From Minisyncoccota bacterium (lineage in GTDB: Bacteria > Patescibacteriota > Minisyncoccia > Minisyncoccales > JAQTPW01), in assembly GCA_028712565.1 (NCBI GenBank), contig JAQTPW010000003.1, positions 2,197 through 66,196 on the forward strand: a DNA stretch of 64,000 bases, written 5' to 3'. The notes under the pieces were generated by a model that worked only from the letters and a program-made list of their open reading frames with translations, was not told where the DNA came from and did no database searches. This document shows positions 55,378-64,000 of this stretch, piece after piece. Numbering within the stretch: the stretch's first letter is position 1; the number at the start of each line of letters is the position of its first letter. Position numbers and translations under genes: made by a program.

Positions 55378-56110
55378 AACATATATTTTTATTGACGAGT
55401 CTGGTAAACCCGAGGTGTATTCAGTAAGAGGCGTCAATTTAGTTGAACAAGGATTCGCTACTAAATTTTTTGTATTAGCTGCGATCCGAAGTGACGATCA
55501 ATTAGCCATACAACAGAAAGTTACCGATTTTAAATCAGAATTATTGCACGATAAAAATTTAACAAAAATATTTTCTTCCGCTTACACTCTTGACGCTTTT
55601 CACGCACAAACCGATTATCCCGAAGTTAAAGAAAAATTCTATCAATTTATAAACAGTTTAGATATCAAAATAGATGTAATTGTTGTAGAAAAGTTAAAGT
55701 GCTATCAAGCGCTTAAACAAAATCCAGGCAAAATGTATGGGATAATGGCTGGACAGCTTTTAAAGAATATTTGTCATAAGTCAAAAAGAACAGAAATAGT
55801 TTTTTCTCGCAAAGACAGTAAGCTTAAATTTCGGCAAGAGCTAGAAATCGAAGTGGAGCGGATTAGATTAGAATGGTTACAACAACATAAAAATCTTGAC
55901 GGGAAATTTACTCTCTCATATCAGCATAATCCTCACCATACTCACGGCGGATTACAGATTGCCGACTATGTTGCTTATGCTATTTTTCAAGCGTACGAAC
56001 ATGGAAAAAATCAGTGGTATGAAGTTATCAAAAATAAAATCGGAGAAATCCACGATATATGCAACAAAAAATACTTCACTAGGAGCAATCCGCTAAAACT
56101 ATCCACTTAA
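55358..56110 (+). CDS. DUF3800-like protein
   Basis: N-terminal YIFIDESG and C-terminal GGLQIADYVAYAIF motifs; start overlaps the R-M gene stop by 20 nt. Confidence 0.65.
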   Translation: MLKKQDKTYIFIDESGKPEVYSVRGVNLVEQGFATKFFVLAAIRSDDQLAIQQKVTDFKSELLHDKNLTKIFSSAYTLDAFHAQTDYPEVKEKFYQFINSLDIKIDVIVVEKLKCYQALKQNPGKMYGIMAGQLLKNICHKSKRTEIVFSRKDSKLKFRQELEIEVERIRLEWLQQHKNLDGKFTLSYQHNPHHTHGGLQIADYVAYAIFQAYEHGKNQWYEVIKNKIGEIHDICNKKYFTRSNPLKLST

Positions 56111-56439
56111 AGGAAGTGCGAACTTCGCACGTTTCATTAAGCGAATTGCTCTCAATGAAGTATTTAAGGGTACAATTGCATTGTACCACAAAAGCGGGCG
56201 TCAAGGCAAAAGTTATCCACAGATAGAAAAAAGCGGGCTTTGAGCCCGGAGTGCGCTTTCGTAGATTAATCCTATAATGTTTTCTGCATTACTATAATTC
56301 CTACTGGAATTGTAGTAAAAACTAAAACAAATTTTGAAACAGTTTCAATAGATGATTTATTGGAGAATAAATATATGTACGCAGATTTACTTTTGAATCC
56401 GAACGCCGTATGATAAGAAAAAAATAATCAAAATTTAGT

Positions 56440-56643
56440 ATGAAAAGACAAATTACAAAAAAAGCTTTTGAAAAAGAGATTAAGATGTGTGAGAAATTAG
56501 CAAAAGAAAAGAAAGGGAAATGCGGTTGGGGAAAATGTAAAGATTGTGGAGTGATTCCACTTTTGTATAAGTTGCACAAAGGGAAATTATTGGAGAAATC
56601 GGCGGAAATTAAAAAAGCTAAAGAAAAAATAATCAAAATATAG
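56440..56643 (+). CDS. Small Lys-rich protein with a CxWGxCxxCG cysteine cluster
   Basis: 67 aa, MCEKLAKEKKGKCGWGKCKDCGVIPLLYKL; 24 nt upstream of the CYTH gene. Confidence 0.45.
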   Translation: MKRQITKKAFEKEIKMCEKLAKEKKGKCGWGKCKDCGVIPLLYKLHKGKLLEKSAEIKKAKEKIIKI

Positions 56644-56667
56644 CCGAAGTTAAATAAAAATATTTTT

Positions 56668-57246
56668 ATGGCGTCGTTGTTTGAGTGTGAGGTTAGATAC
56701 AAAATAGAAAATATAAAAGAATTTGAAGGGAAAATAAAAAAAATGGGAGCTAAGCTTTTATATCCCTATGAATTTACTGATTATTACTACGGGCCAAAAG
56801 ATAAAAACTGGGATTTAGTTAGGGAAAATTTAAGGATAAGGGAATGGAAAGAACCTAAAAATCCAACGACGATTTATTTTGTAAAAAACGAAGTTGTATC
56901 GATTGGTAATGTTCGGTTTAAAAGAGCGCTTTATCCTCAAGGAAAAGTTCCTCTTTTCAGCGGCAAATTGAAAGTATGTAAATCTTTGATTGATGACCTA
57001 GGATTTAAAAAATTATTTACTGTTAAGAAAGAAAAAGCGACTTTTTGGGAACTACCGCAAGGGTTTAAAACAGTTCTTGAATATATAAGGGGAATTGGTT
57101 GGTGGGGCGAACTTGAATTTAAAGGAGAAAACCCGGCTTTTGCCAAAAAAGAAATAGAGAGAGCATTAAAAATTCTCGGGATTAAAAAAGAAAATGTGAG
57201 TTATAAGACCGTTTCCGCGATTTTCTCTGAAAAAATTAAAAGATAA
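56668..57246 (+). CDS. CYTH-domain protein (class IV adenylate cyclase / triphosphate tunnel metalloenzyme)
   Basis: N-terminal ExExK-type motif (FECEVRYK), alternating charged beta-strand pattern, GELEFKG near the C-terminus; 192 aa. Confidence 0.7.
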   Translation: MASLFECEVRYKIENIKEFEGKIKKMGAKLLYPYEFTDYYYGPKDKNWDLVRENLRIREWKEPKNPTTIYFVKNEVVSIGNVRFKRALYPQGKVPLFSGKLKVCKSLIDDLGFKKLFTVKKEKATFWELPQGFKTVLEYIRGIGWWGELEFKGENPAFAKKEIERALKILGIKKENVSYKTVSAIFSEKIKR

Positions 57247-57249
57247 CTA

Positions 57250-57300
57250 GTCCTTCGATAAAGCTCAGGACAGTACTGGAGCTTGATTTTTGGGTTTTTT
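57250..57300 (+). terminator. Overlapping hairpins + T-run after the CYTH gene
   Basis: GTCCT...AGGAC and AAGCTC...GAGCTT followed by GATTTTTGGGTTTTTTT. Confidence 0.5.
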
Positions 57301-57335
57301 TGTGTTAAAGTAAGAGGGTTTGAACGTACATATAT

Positions 57336-58820
57336 ATGAACAATGGAGAAACCATATTGAGATTTAATAAAGTGTCTTTTGCGTACGGACAGGAAAAACC
57401 CATATTAGATGAGGCGGATTTTTCTGTGAGAAAGGGATCAAAAATTACTTTAATGGGCCAGAACGGCGCCGGAAAAAGCACGATTTTTAATCTTATCACG
57501 GGAGATTTAAGTCCCGATTCGGGAGCGGTCAATCTCGGCGTCGGAGTTACGGTTGCGGAAGCCAAGCAGGTAATTTCCAGAGATCTGCTTCCTTTAACCG
57601 TACGCGAATTTTTTCAAAAATGCTTCAGCAAACCCACCTTCGCCAAGGCTTCGGCGGGTCAAGCGAAGATATACGACATTGACCCGAGGATAGATGAAGT
57701 TTTGGAAATAGTAAATCTTGAGGCCGACCATGACAAAATTATAAAATCTTTTTCGGGCGGCCAGCAGGCGAGAATTCTTTTGGCTTCGGCGATTATCCAA
57801 AATCCGGATCTTTTGCTTTTGGACGAGCCGACAAATAATCTGGACAAGGAAGGCATTTTGCATTTAACAAAGTTTCTCATTGATTATAAAAAAACCTGCA
57901 TTGTCATTTCTCACGACGCCGATTTTTTAAACGCATTCACCCACGGCGTCCTTTATTTGGATGTTTTTACCCGCAAGATTGAGCAGTATGTCGGAAATTA
58001 TTTTGATTTATTGGTTGAAATTTCCGCAAGGATAGAAAGGGAAAACAGGAAAAATGCGCAATTGGCAAAACAGATTCAGGAGAAAAAAGACAAGGCAAAT
58101 TATTTTGCCCACAAGGGAGGCCAGCTTAGATTTTTGGCAAAAAAAATGCGGGAAAAAGCAGAAGAAATGGAAGAGGAAAAAGTTGATGTGAGAAAAGAGG
58201 ATAAAACCATCAGGCAATTTTTTATTCCCACGCAGGAAAACATCGGAGGGGAAATTTTAAATATAACTTCTTTTTCAGTGATGAAAAACCGAAAGTCGGT
58301 CAAACGAGAAGCGAATATTTCTTTGAGAAAAAGGGAGAGATTGCTTTTGGCAGGACCAAATGGCATCGGCAAGACGACATTGCTGGAAGCTTTGGTTTCC
58401 GGGAAAGCAAAGGGCGCTAAAATTGCGCCGAACGTGCAAGTGGGGTATTACCGCCAGGATTTTTCCACTCTTAATTTTGACGATACGGTTTACCAGTCAT
58501 TAAGCGCGGTTGCGGCAGATATGCCCGAAGACAAGCTTCGTTCTCTTGCGGCAGGATTTTTAATAACGGGGGACTTAATGCATTCAAAAATTGGCAGTTT
58601 ATCAGAGGGGCAGAAAGGCCTTGTATCTTTTGCAAGGCTTGTGCTTCAAAAACCTGGGCTTTTGATTTTGGACGAACCGACAAACCATATAAACTTCCGG
58701 CACTTGCCGATTATAGCCTCCGCTCTTAATAAATACGAAGGAGCTATGATTTTAGTCAGCCATATCCCGGAGTTCGTAAAGCAGATAAGAATAGATGAAA
58801 TTATCGACTTGGATAAATGA
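57336..58820 (+). CDS. ABC-F family ATPase (two fused ABC domains, no TM domain)
   Basis: Two Walker A motifs (GQNGAGKST, GPNGIGKTT), two signature motifs (FSGGQQAR, LSEGQKG), charged linker. Confidence 0.9.
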   Translation: MNNGETILRFNKVSFAYGQEKPILDEADFSVRKGSKITLMGQNGAGKSTIFNLITGDLSPDSGAVNLGVGVTVAEAKQVISRDLLPLTVREFFQKCFSKPTFAKASAGQAKIYDIDPRIDEVLEIVNLEADHDKIIKSFSGGQQARILLASAIIQNPDLLLLDEPTNNLDKEGILHLTKFLIDYKKTCIVISHDADFLNAFTHGVLYLDVFTRKIEQYVGNYFDLLVEISARIERENRKNAQLAKQIQEKKDKANYFAHKGGQLRFLAKKMREKAEEMEEEKVDVRKEDKTIRQFFIPTQENIGGEILNITSFSVMKNRKSVKREANISLRKRERLLLAGPNGIGKTTLLEALVSGKAKGAKIAPNVQVGYYRQDFSTLNFDDTVYQSLSAVAADMPEDKLRSLAAGFLITGDLMHSKIGSLSEGQKGLVSFARLVLQKPGLLILDEPTNHINFRHLPIIASALNKYEGAMILVSHIPEFVKQIRIDEIIDLDK

Positions 58821-58895
58821 ATTCTTCTACGATCCGTCGGTGTGACTCGGGGCGATTTTTTTACACTGAGTCTTTCGGAGTGGTAGGATGAAACA

Positions 58896-59313
58896 ATGAA
58901 ATACGCAACTTTTAATGTTTCATTCAAGCTAATTCTCAGAAAAATAATAAGATATTGATATTAACCGAATCTGAAACTATTTTTTTGGATTTTCCGGGTG
59001 GGAGAATAGAGAAAAAATAAATGAAACTTCCCATTACGGATTTATTCAAAAGAGAAATAACCGAAGAATTAGGCAAAGACGTTAAATATAAAATTTTGGG
59101 GCTAGCCATCAATATCGAAGGTATAATAAATACACCAAGATGTATGCTTTAATTACTATATATGAAGCAAAATATCTATCAGGAAAAATTAAACTTTCCA
59201 GTGAGCATGGTAAATACGAATGGGTGAATCTAAAAATATATAATCTGAAAGATAAAAAAAATAATAATAAAGAAGAGCGATTGGCGCTCAAAGAGTATTT
59301 TGGAAGATACTGA
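58896..59313 (+). pseudogene. Degraded NUDIX hydrolase gene
   Basis: Nudix-like pieces in different frames: MKYATFNVSFKLILRK / KILILTESETIFLDFPGGRIEKK-stop-MKLPITDLFKREITEELGKDV / YEAKYLSGKIKLSSEHGKYEWV. Confidence 0.55.
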
Positions 59314-59414
59314 TGGAGAGAGCGTCTTAATATGGTTTTATGTTCCAATATTTACAATTTGACAATTAAGAAAAATGGTTTAATATTAAAATATCATTAA
59401 AGTAATTAAATAAT

Positions 59415-60440
59415 ATGCGAATAAAATTATCTATTCTACTAATTATAATAATTTTAATAATGGTTGGATATTACGGTTTCCAAAAGTATAAAATTTACTC
59501 AAGTGTTGGTAAAAATGAGTCTTTAACAAATATTAATATTGGTTGGCAAATACCATGGGCTACCGAAGGACAGCTTACCCAAGTTTTAAAAAATACAGAT
59601 ATTCTTAAGAAATATGGATTGCAGGGTGATTTTAAGGGTTTCAGTTCTGGGGCGCCATTAAATGAAGCGGCTTTAGCGGGCGATGTTGACGTCTTATTCA
59701 CTGCTGATCAACCCGCGGCTACTTTATTGGCAAAAGATCCTAACTGGACAATCATTGGCCGATTAATGTATAACCGAGTTTCACTGTATGTTCCGCCACT
59801 TTCTCCAATTAATTCGGTTGCCGACTTAAAAGGTAAAACCGTGGCAATGCCATTTGGTGCCGCCGCGCAAAGGATGGCGCTAAAAGCAGAAAAAGACGCT
59901 AATCTGGATCCTAAAAAAGATGTCAATAATATAAATTTGGATATATACGAACAAAGCGATTTAGTTCGCGATTTAAATGCAGTTAAGTGGGGTTCAATTG
60001 ATGCAATGGCAGGATTCGATCCAACACCTGCAATTTTTGAAGAAAAGGGATTAATAAAGGTTTTACAAACGGGCAAAGTAGTGTCTCTTATCGTTATGTC
60101 TAATAAATTCATCGAAAAAAATCCAGATGCTCCCATGCAATTTTTAAAAGCCTTTTATGATGCCTATGATTATTATAGGAGTAATATTGCTCAAGCAGAT
60201 AATTGGTTTAAAGATGATGCTAAATTAGACATAACGCCCAAGGCGCTGGAAATTTCCGCAAGCATTGAGCCCAATTTAAAAGTTGACTCAAAATCGGATA
60301 TAAGGATTGATTTAACTAATGAAGATTTGACTATTATGCAGGAAGCAGCCGATTTTATTTTTGACCAAGGGTTAGTAAAAAAGAGATTAGAAATGAAAAA
60401 TTTTGTCGATTTAAGCTATCTTAAAAAAGCTTTAAAATAA
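59415..60440 (+). CDS. ABC-type substrate-binding protein, NMT1/SsuA/TauA-like
   Basis: N-terminal anchor helix, INIGWQIPWATEGQ, FSSGAPLNEAALAGDVDVLF pattern. Confidence 0.7.
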   Translation: MRIKLSILLIIIILIMVGYYGFQKYKIYSSVGKNESLTNINIGWQIPWATEGQLTQVLKNTDILKKYGLQGDFKGFSSGAPLNEAALAGDVDVLFTADQPAATLLAKDPNWTIIGRLMYNRVSLYVPPLSPINSVADLKGKTVAMPFGAAAQRMALKAEKDANLDPKKDVNNINLDIYEQSDLVRDLNAVKWGSIDAMAGFDPTPAIFEEKGLIKVLQTGKVVSLIVMSNKFIEKNPDAPMQFLKAFYDAYDYYRSNIAQADNWFKDDAKLDITPKALEISASIEPNLKVDSKSDIRIDLTNEDLTIMQEAADFIFDQGLVKKRLEMKNFVDLSYLKKALK

Positions 60441-60444
60441 TTTT

Positions 60445-61575
60445 GTGAAGAAGAATCTTATATTAATTTCTTTAGATACCGTTAGGGCCGATGTGGCCTA
60501 TAGTGGGAAATTTAAAACAATAGAACAATTGCGCAAGAAAAGCGTTACTTTTTTAAATACGGTTTCCTCTTCTCCATTAACGCCAGTAAGCCATGCTACG
60601 GTACTAACGGGACTTCAGCCATACAATCACGGTATAAGACATCTTTTTAAGGAAAAATTAAAAAAAAACGTTAAGACGCTGGCTCAAATTTTAAAACAAA
60701 AAGGATATAAAACTGCGGCAATTGTATCCTGTCCTGGCATGAATGAATGGTACGGTTTTGCCAAAGGATTCGATTATTATGACGATACAATACCTAAATT
60801 AGCCGATGGGTCTGATCCATTAAAGACGGTGGACGTTAAAAAAAGAGGAACTGCATTAAAAAAAGCAGATTTAGTTGTAAATAAAGCAATTGAATGGATA
60901 GATGCAAATAAGAATAAAGAGCTTTTTCTTTTTATTCATTTTTTTGATACGCATTGGCCATATAAAATTCCTAAAAATTTTTACGGTAATAATAAATATG
61001 AAAATGCGATGGCCTATCTAGATTTTTGTTTAGGACTATTTTTCGACAGACTAAAGGCAACTGGATTATTTGAAAAATCCACAATTTTATGTTTTTCTGA
61101 TCACGGCGAAGATCTATGCGGGATGTATAAAAACGATAAGGGTGGTAAGAATCTAGGTCATCCCGAAGAGTCGGGGCACGGATGCCTATTATACGATCAA
61201 ACGCAAAAAACAGTATTGATGATTAAGGACGATGCATTACCTGCCAACAAGAATATTAAACAGCAAGTGAGGTTAGTCGATATTTTACCGACTATTTTAA
61301 ATATTCTTAAAATTCCTTATAAAGCCGGGCAATTTGATGGGATTTCTTTATTAGATATTATAAAGAATAATAGAAATCTAAATTTACTGGGTTATTCTGA
61401 AACCTTCTATCCTGAAGAGCAAACATTGGCAACGGGAGGGCGATTTTCTAATGCTCAAAATAAAATTTCCTTTAGAATAAACAATAAGTATAAGATTATT
61501 CTTCACCAAGGCAATAATCAAATAGAGTTTTATGATCTGGAAAATGATCAAAACGAATTAAACAACTTAATGTAA
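60445..61575 (+). CDS. Alkaline-phosphatase-superfamily sulfatase-like hydrolase/transferase
   Basis: LILISLDTVRAD metal-binding start, nucleophile region SSSPLTPVSHATVLTG, FSDHGE; GTG start. Confidence 0.7.
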   Translation: MKKNLILISLDTVRADVAYSGKFKTIEQLRKKSVTFLNTVSSSPLTPVSHATVLTGLQPYNHGIRHLFKEKLKKNVKTLAQILKQKGYKTAAIVSCPGMNEWYGFAKGFDYYDDTIPKLADGSDPLKTVDVKKRGTALKKADLVVNKAIEWIDANKNKELFLFIHFFDTHWPYKIPKNFYGNNKYENAMAYLDFCLGLFFDRLKATGLFEKSTILCFSDHGEDLCGMYKNDKGGKNLGHPEESGHGCLLYDQTQKTVLMIKDDALPANKNIKQQVRLVDILPTILNILKIPYKAGQFDGISLLDIIKNNRNLNLLGYSETFYPEEQTLATGGRFSNAQNKISFRINNKYKIILHQGNNQIEFYDLENDQNELNNLM

Positions 61576-61607
61576 TGAATAAAGTTTTAACAGAATAAAT
61601 TTTATTA

Positions 61608-62513
61608 TTGGTAAAAGAAATTATGGATATTAAAGAAATTAAAAATATATTAGATGATAAATTTAATATAAATAATGCCCCCCTAGATTTACCATTCAGT
61701 AGGATTCTTCCCATTGCATATAATAAGATAGGCATAAATTTCAGAGATTATTTTATGAAAGATTTCTTGACTTCTTTTCACGGGCTGATGATTAAAAATA
61801 GCGAATACGCAAATAAAGTTTATCTAGCAGTCTTTTTGAGTAAAGAAATTTTAGATAAAATTTTTTTAAGGAATGAAAATGATATTTTAATATTCTCTCA
61901 TCACCCGATGGATATGGAGTCAAGTAATCGGGGATTTTTGCCGTTAGAGGAAAAGTATTTTTGGGAAATGCAGCGTAGAAGAATATCTGTTTATATTTTG
62001 CATACCCCTTTAGATATTCATAAGATTATTTCAACTAGCCGAAGTATCGCTAAGGCGTTAAAGCTAAAAGATGTACATGAATATAGTAAGTGTTCTGTTG
62101 GTTACGCGGGAATTTATGGCACGTTAAATAATAAAGTTCATTTGGATAACTTTATAAATACGCTCAAAAATATTTTTAATATTAATGAAGTGCATTATTC
62201 TCAAAAATTTCCCAGTGTTTCTAAGATAGGTATTATAGCGGGCGGAGGGGCAGAAGTAGAATATATGAAAGAAACGATTGGTCTCGGATGCGATACATAT
62301 TTGTCGGGAGATTATTTAAATAAAGTAAAAACGGAGAATTCCATACGTCGCAGAAAGGAGTTTGAGGACATAAGAGATTCTTTAAATATTAATTTAATTG
62401 AATGTTCTCATTATGCGACAGAAAGATTAGTTTTAATAAACGAAATGCAAGATTATTTTCAAGAATTAGGATTAGTGGCTGAATTTATTGATAGGACTAA
62501 TTACTGGAAATAA
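61608..62513 (+). CDS. NIF3-family dinuclear-metal protein
   Basis: FSHHPM, ILHTPLD, ECSHYATE motifs. Start uncertain (TTG 61608 or ATG 61623). Confidence 0.75.
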   Translation: MVKEIMDIKEIKNILDDKFNINNAPLDLPFSRILPIAYNKIGINFRDYFMKDFLTSFHGLMIKNSEYANKVYLAVFLSKEILDKIFLRNENDILIFSHHPMDMESSNRGFLPLEEKYFWEMQRRRISVYILHTPLDIHKIISTSRSIAKALKLKDVHEYSKCSVGYAGIYGTLNNKVHLDNFINTLKNIFNINEVHYSQKFPSVSKIGIIAGGGAEVEYMKETIGLGCDTYLSGDYLNKVKTENSIRRRKEFEDIRDSLNINLIECSHYATERLVLINEMQDYFQELGLVAEFIDRTNYWK

Positions 62514-62517
62514 TTTT

Positions 62518-63930
62518 ATGGAGATATATCCAATCATGACAAGAAAGGGAGCGGTGCCTAGATTAAAGATTGAAGAAGTTGTAGCCTCAGTTCTTTTAAT
62601 GAGATCTAGGGTTAAAAAAAATATGGCCAATGTTGTGTTTTTTCCTGAAGCCGGAGGTTTACTGTTAAAATATATTTTTCAACGCATTATCACGGAACAA
62701 GATTGTTGCAATATAAAAATTTTTTCTTCCAAAATAACCGCTGCAATAAAATCACCACTTAGTAAACAAATTTGTTCTATTTTGAGTCCGGCAGAAAGAA
62801 AAAAACATTTAACAACCAATCAGGTGGCTGATTTTAAAATAGCTATAGCGAAATTACCTCAATCGTCAAAAAGTGCGGTTGAACAGAGTGTGAACATTGG
62901 GCGGTTGCATAAATTACAGATTTGTGAATTAATCCGCACCATAAGCGAAATTGGATTATATGTTCCTAGCGAAGATAGATCAAATTGGGTTAAAGCCGGA
63001 ATTATAAATAACAACAATTATTTGCCAGAGGATGATAATTTAAAGAATTTTCAAAATTTTAGAAAAAAGATGATTAATTACAGCCTAGATTCCATTTCTG
63101 ATATTATTCATGAGACTAGGCCATTGTTTAATATTGTTTTGGCGCAAACTAGTTTTGCTAAAGCAATTCATCAAAATACAATTTATGTTATAGATGAGGC
63201 GATAAGTCGGGGACGAGCATTAAATGCTTTAGAAATTATTTTTAAAGCATTTGACAAAGATGCAAAATGGAAAATCGGGGTATTGTTTTGTCCGCTTAAC
63301 GCCACTGGTCATGGCAACGTCGATTTTATATTAAGCAACGACCGCATTCCGTCGTTCTCAAATCGTTTTGATTTAATGGGCAGCATGGTACTTGAATCTA
63401 AAGAAGTATTTGTAAGGTATGATATCGACAAACTTTTATTAAAAACAAATAAAGTGCTTCGCAAATTCAAACAAAAGAAAATTGTCGAGTATTTTAAAAG
63501 AATCCGCGCGTATGTATCCAGTAAGTTTTCTATGTTTTTAGAACCAGGATTAATATACAAAGACGATTTAATTCGATTATTTAATTTTATTTTTGAATGT
63601 AATAAAGAAGGGGTTATCAAACGTTGTCTTGACCTGAACCCCGTAAGAATACGCAATATGATCGAAGAAGTAAGTTTTTATATTAATATGCCAAATCCCT
63701 TTGATCCAATGCCGATACGGAAAAAATATAAAGATGGGATGCTCGGTACCCTCGAATATATTAAAAAAATACCAGCGGGAAGTTCAACTGTTAAGGAACT
63801 TAACAAGCTTGGAAAAGAATTTCATTCTATTAAGAGAGACTGTGAGCAATTAGAATTGCGCTGCTGGTCTAATCGTTATCATAAAATACTATCTGAAATA
63901 GATAACACATTAAAGTGCAGGAAATTATAA
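62518..63930 (+). CDS. Hypothetical protein with phosphoribosyltransferase-like motif
   Basis: VVFFPEAGGLLL and IYVIDEAISRGRAL resemble PRT-fold elements separated by a long insertion; about 470 aa. Confidence 0.4.
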   Translation: MEIYPIMTRKGAVPRLKIEEVVASVLLMRSRVKKNMANVVFFPEAGGLLLKYIFQRIITEQDCCNIKIFSSKITAAIKSPLSKQICSILSPAERKKHLTTNQVADFKIAIAKLPQSSKSAVEQSVNIGRLHKLQICELIRTISEIGLYVPSEDRSNWVKAGIINNNNYLPEDDNLKNFQNFRKKMINYSLDSISDIIHETRPLFNIVLAQTSFAKAIHQNTIYVIDEAISRGRALNALEIIFKAFDKDAKWKIGVLFCPLNATGHGNVDFILSNDRIPSFSNRFDLMGSMVLESKEVFVRYDIDKLLLKTNKVLRKFKQKKIVEYFKRIRAYVSSKFSMFLEPGLIYKDDLIRLFNFIFECNKEGVIKRCLDLNPVRIRNMIEEVSFYINMPNPFDPMPIRKKYKDGMLGTLEYIKKIPAGSSTVKELNKLGKEFHSIKRDCEQLELRCWSNRYHKILSEIDNTLKCRKL

Positions 63931-63932
63931 TT

Positions 63933-64000
63933 ATGGAAAAATTAAAGTGTCATCAATATCAGCATATTATTTTGATATCTCTTGATTCGTTGCGGAACGA
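63933..64000 (+). CDS. Second alkaline-phosphatase/sulfatase-like gene (3' end beyond window)
   Basis: MEKLKCHQYQHIILISLDSLRN matches the metal-binding N-terminus of the 60445 gene. Confidence 0.4.
   Translation, partial: MEKLKCHQYQHIILISLDSLRN

Noticed and set aside
18261-56221. DnaA-box consensus matches TTATGCACA (18261-18269), TTATCCACA (45849-45857) and TTATCCACA (56213-56221) as a possible replication origin
   Set aside because: The three boxes are tens of kb apart, not clustered. There is no adjacent dnaA/dnaN or AT-rich unwinding repeat array, and about this many matches could occur by chance in 128 kb of two-strand sequence.
58861-58890. CGGAGTGGTAGGAT near 58876 resembling the tRNA-Gln 5' half (CGGAGTCGTCTAATGGTAGGAC), as a possible island boundary repeat
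   Set aside because: The match is only two short blocks and involves the tRNA 5' half rather than the 3' end usually duplicated by integration. That is too weak to call an att site.
1-64000. Alternative genetic code (UGA recoded, as in some CPR lineages)
   Set aside because: TGA terminates conserved genes at expected lengths (speD, ftsE, the transketolase subunit). In addition, an RF2 gene with a UGA-based autoregulatory frameshift is present. The standard bacterial code fits.

Overview
This is an AT-rich, gene-dense chromosomal segment, mostly on the + strand, with short spacers and many overlapping stop/start junctions. It uses the standard genetic code: TGA ends several conserved genes, and an RF2 gene carries the classic UGA-dependent +1 frameshift site. 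The reduced housekeeping set, a sigma-region-4/HARE-HTH protein, an O-antigen-ligase/TPR fusion and many small hypothetical proteins suggest a Candidate Phyla Radiation (Patescibacteria-type) bacterium. That assignment is inference only.

Layout:
- 1-17 kb: surface-glycan locus with two B12-radical-SAM enzymes, GT2s, methyltransferases, an NDP-sugar dehydratase, a Gtr/Arn-like flippase + GT-C + GT2 module, PglC/PglE/PglF-like enzymes, a split transketolase and an O-antigen-ligase-TPR protein.
- 17-30 kb: murB; a polyamine operon (speD, BpsA-like, speE, saccharopine-dehydrogenase-like); efp-epmA; secA; Nudix; ASCH; secDF.
- 30-42.5 kb: a sigma-like protein; a membrane protein paired with a VirD4/HerA-like zinc-ribbon ATPase; pgk; a DHH phosphoesterase; rnhA; RNase P RNA (- strand); pyrB; murJ; lepA; an FtsB-like protein.
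- 42.5-49 kb: tRNA-Gly; a 44-bp perfect palindrome; a desulforedoxin-like small gene; tRNA-Thr; a PG-binding SGNH hydrolase; a beta-propeller protein; prfB-ftsE-ftsX; tRNA-Gln.
- 49-59 kb (accessory-looking): a Cys-repeat secreted protein, a methyltransferase, a GC-rich foreign-looking cassette, a type IIG R-M enzyme coupled to DUF3800, a small Cys protein + CYTH, ABC-F, and a Nudix pseudogene.
- 59.4-64 kb: substrate-binding protein / alkaline-phosphatase-like / NIF3 / PRT-like cluster.

The observations I rate highest:
1. A ~130-nt structured intergenic element is present twice. Its terminal stems covary, and it sits exactly between a stop codon and a GTG start.
2. The membrane protein + VirD4/HerA-like ATPase pair.
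3. The GC-rich cassette next to the R-M/DUF3800 pair.
4. Several GC-rich or promoter-to-terminator non-coding RNA candidates.

No CRISPR array, transposase, integrase or rRNA was seen. Coordinates of non-coding features were hand-counted and may be off by 1-2 nt.
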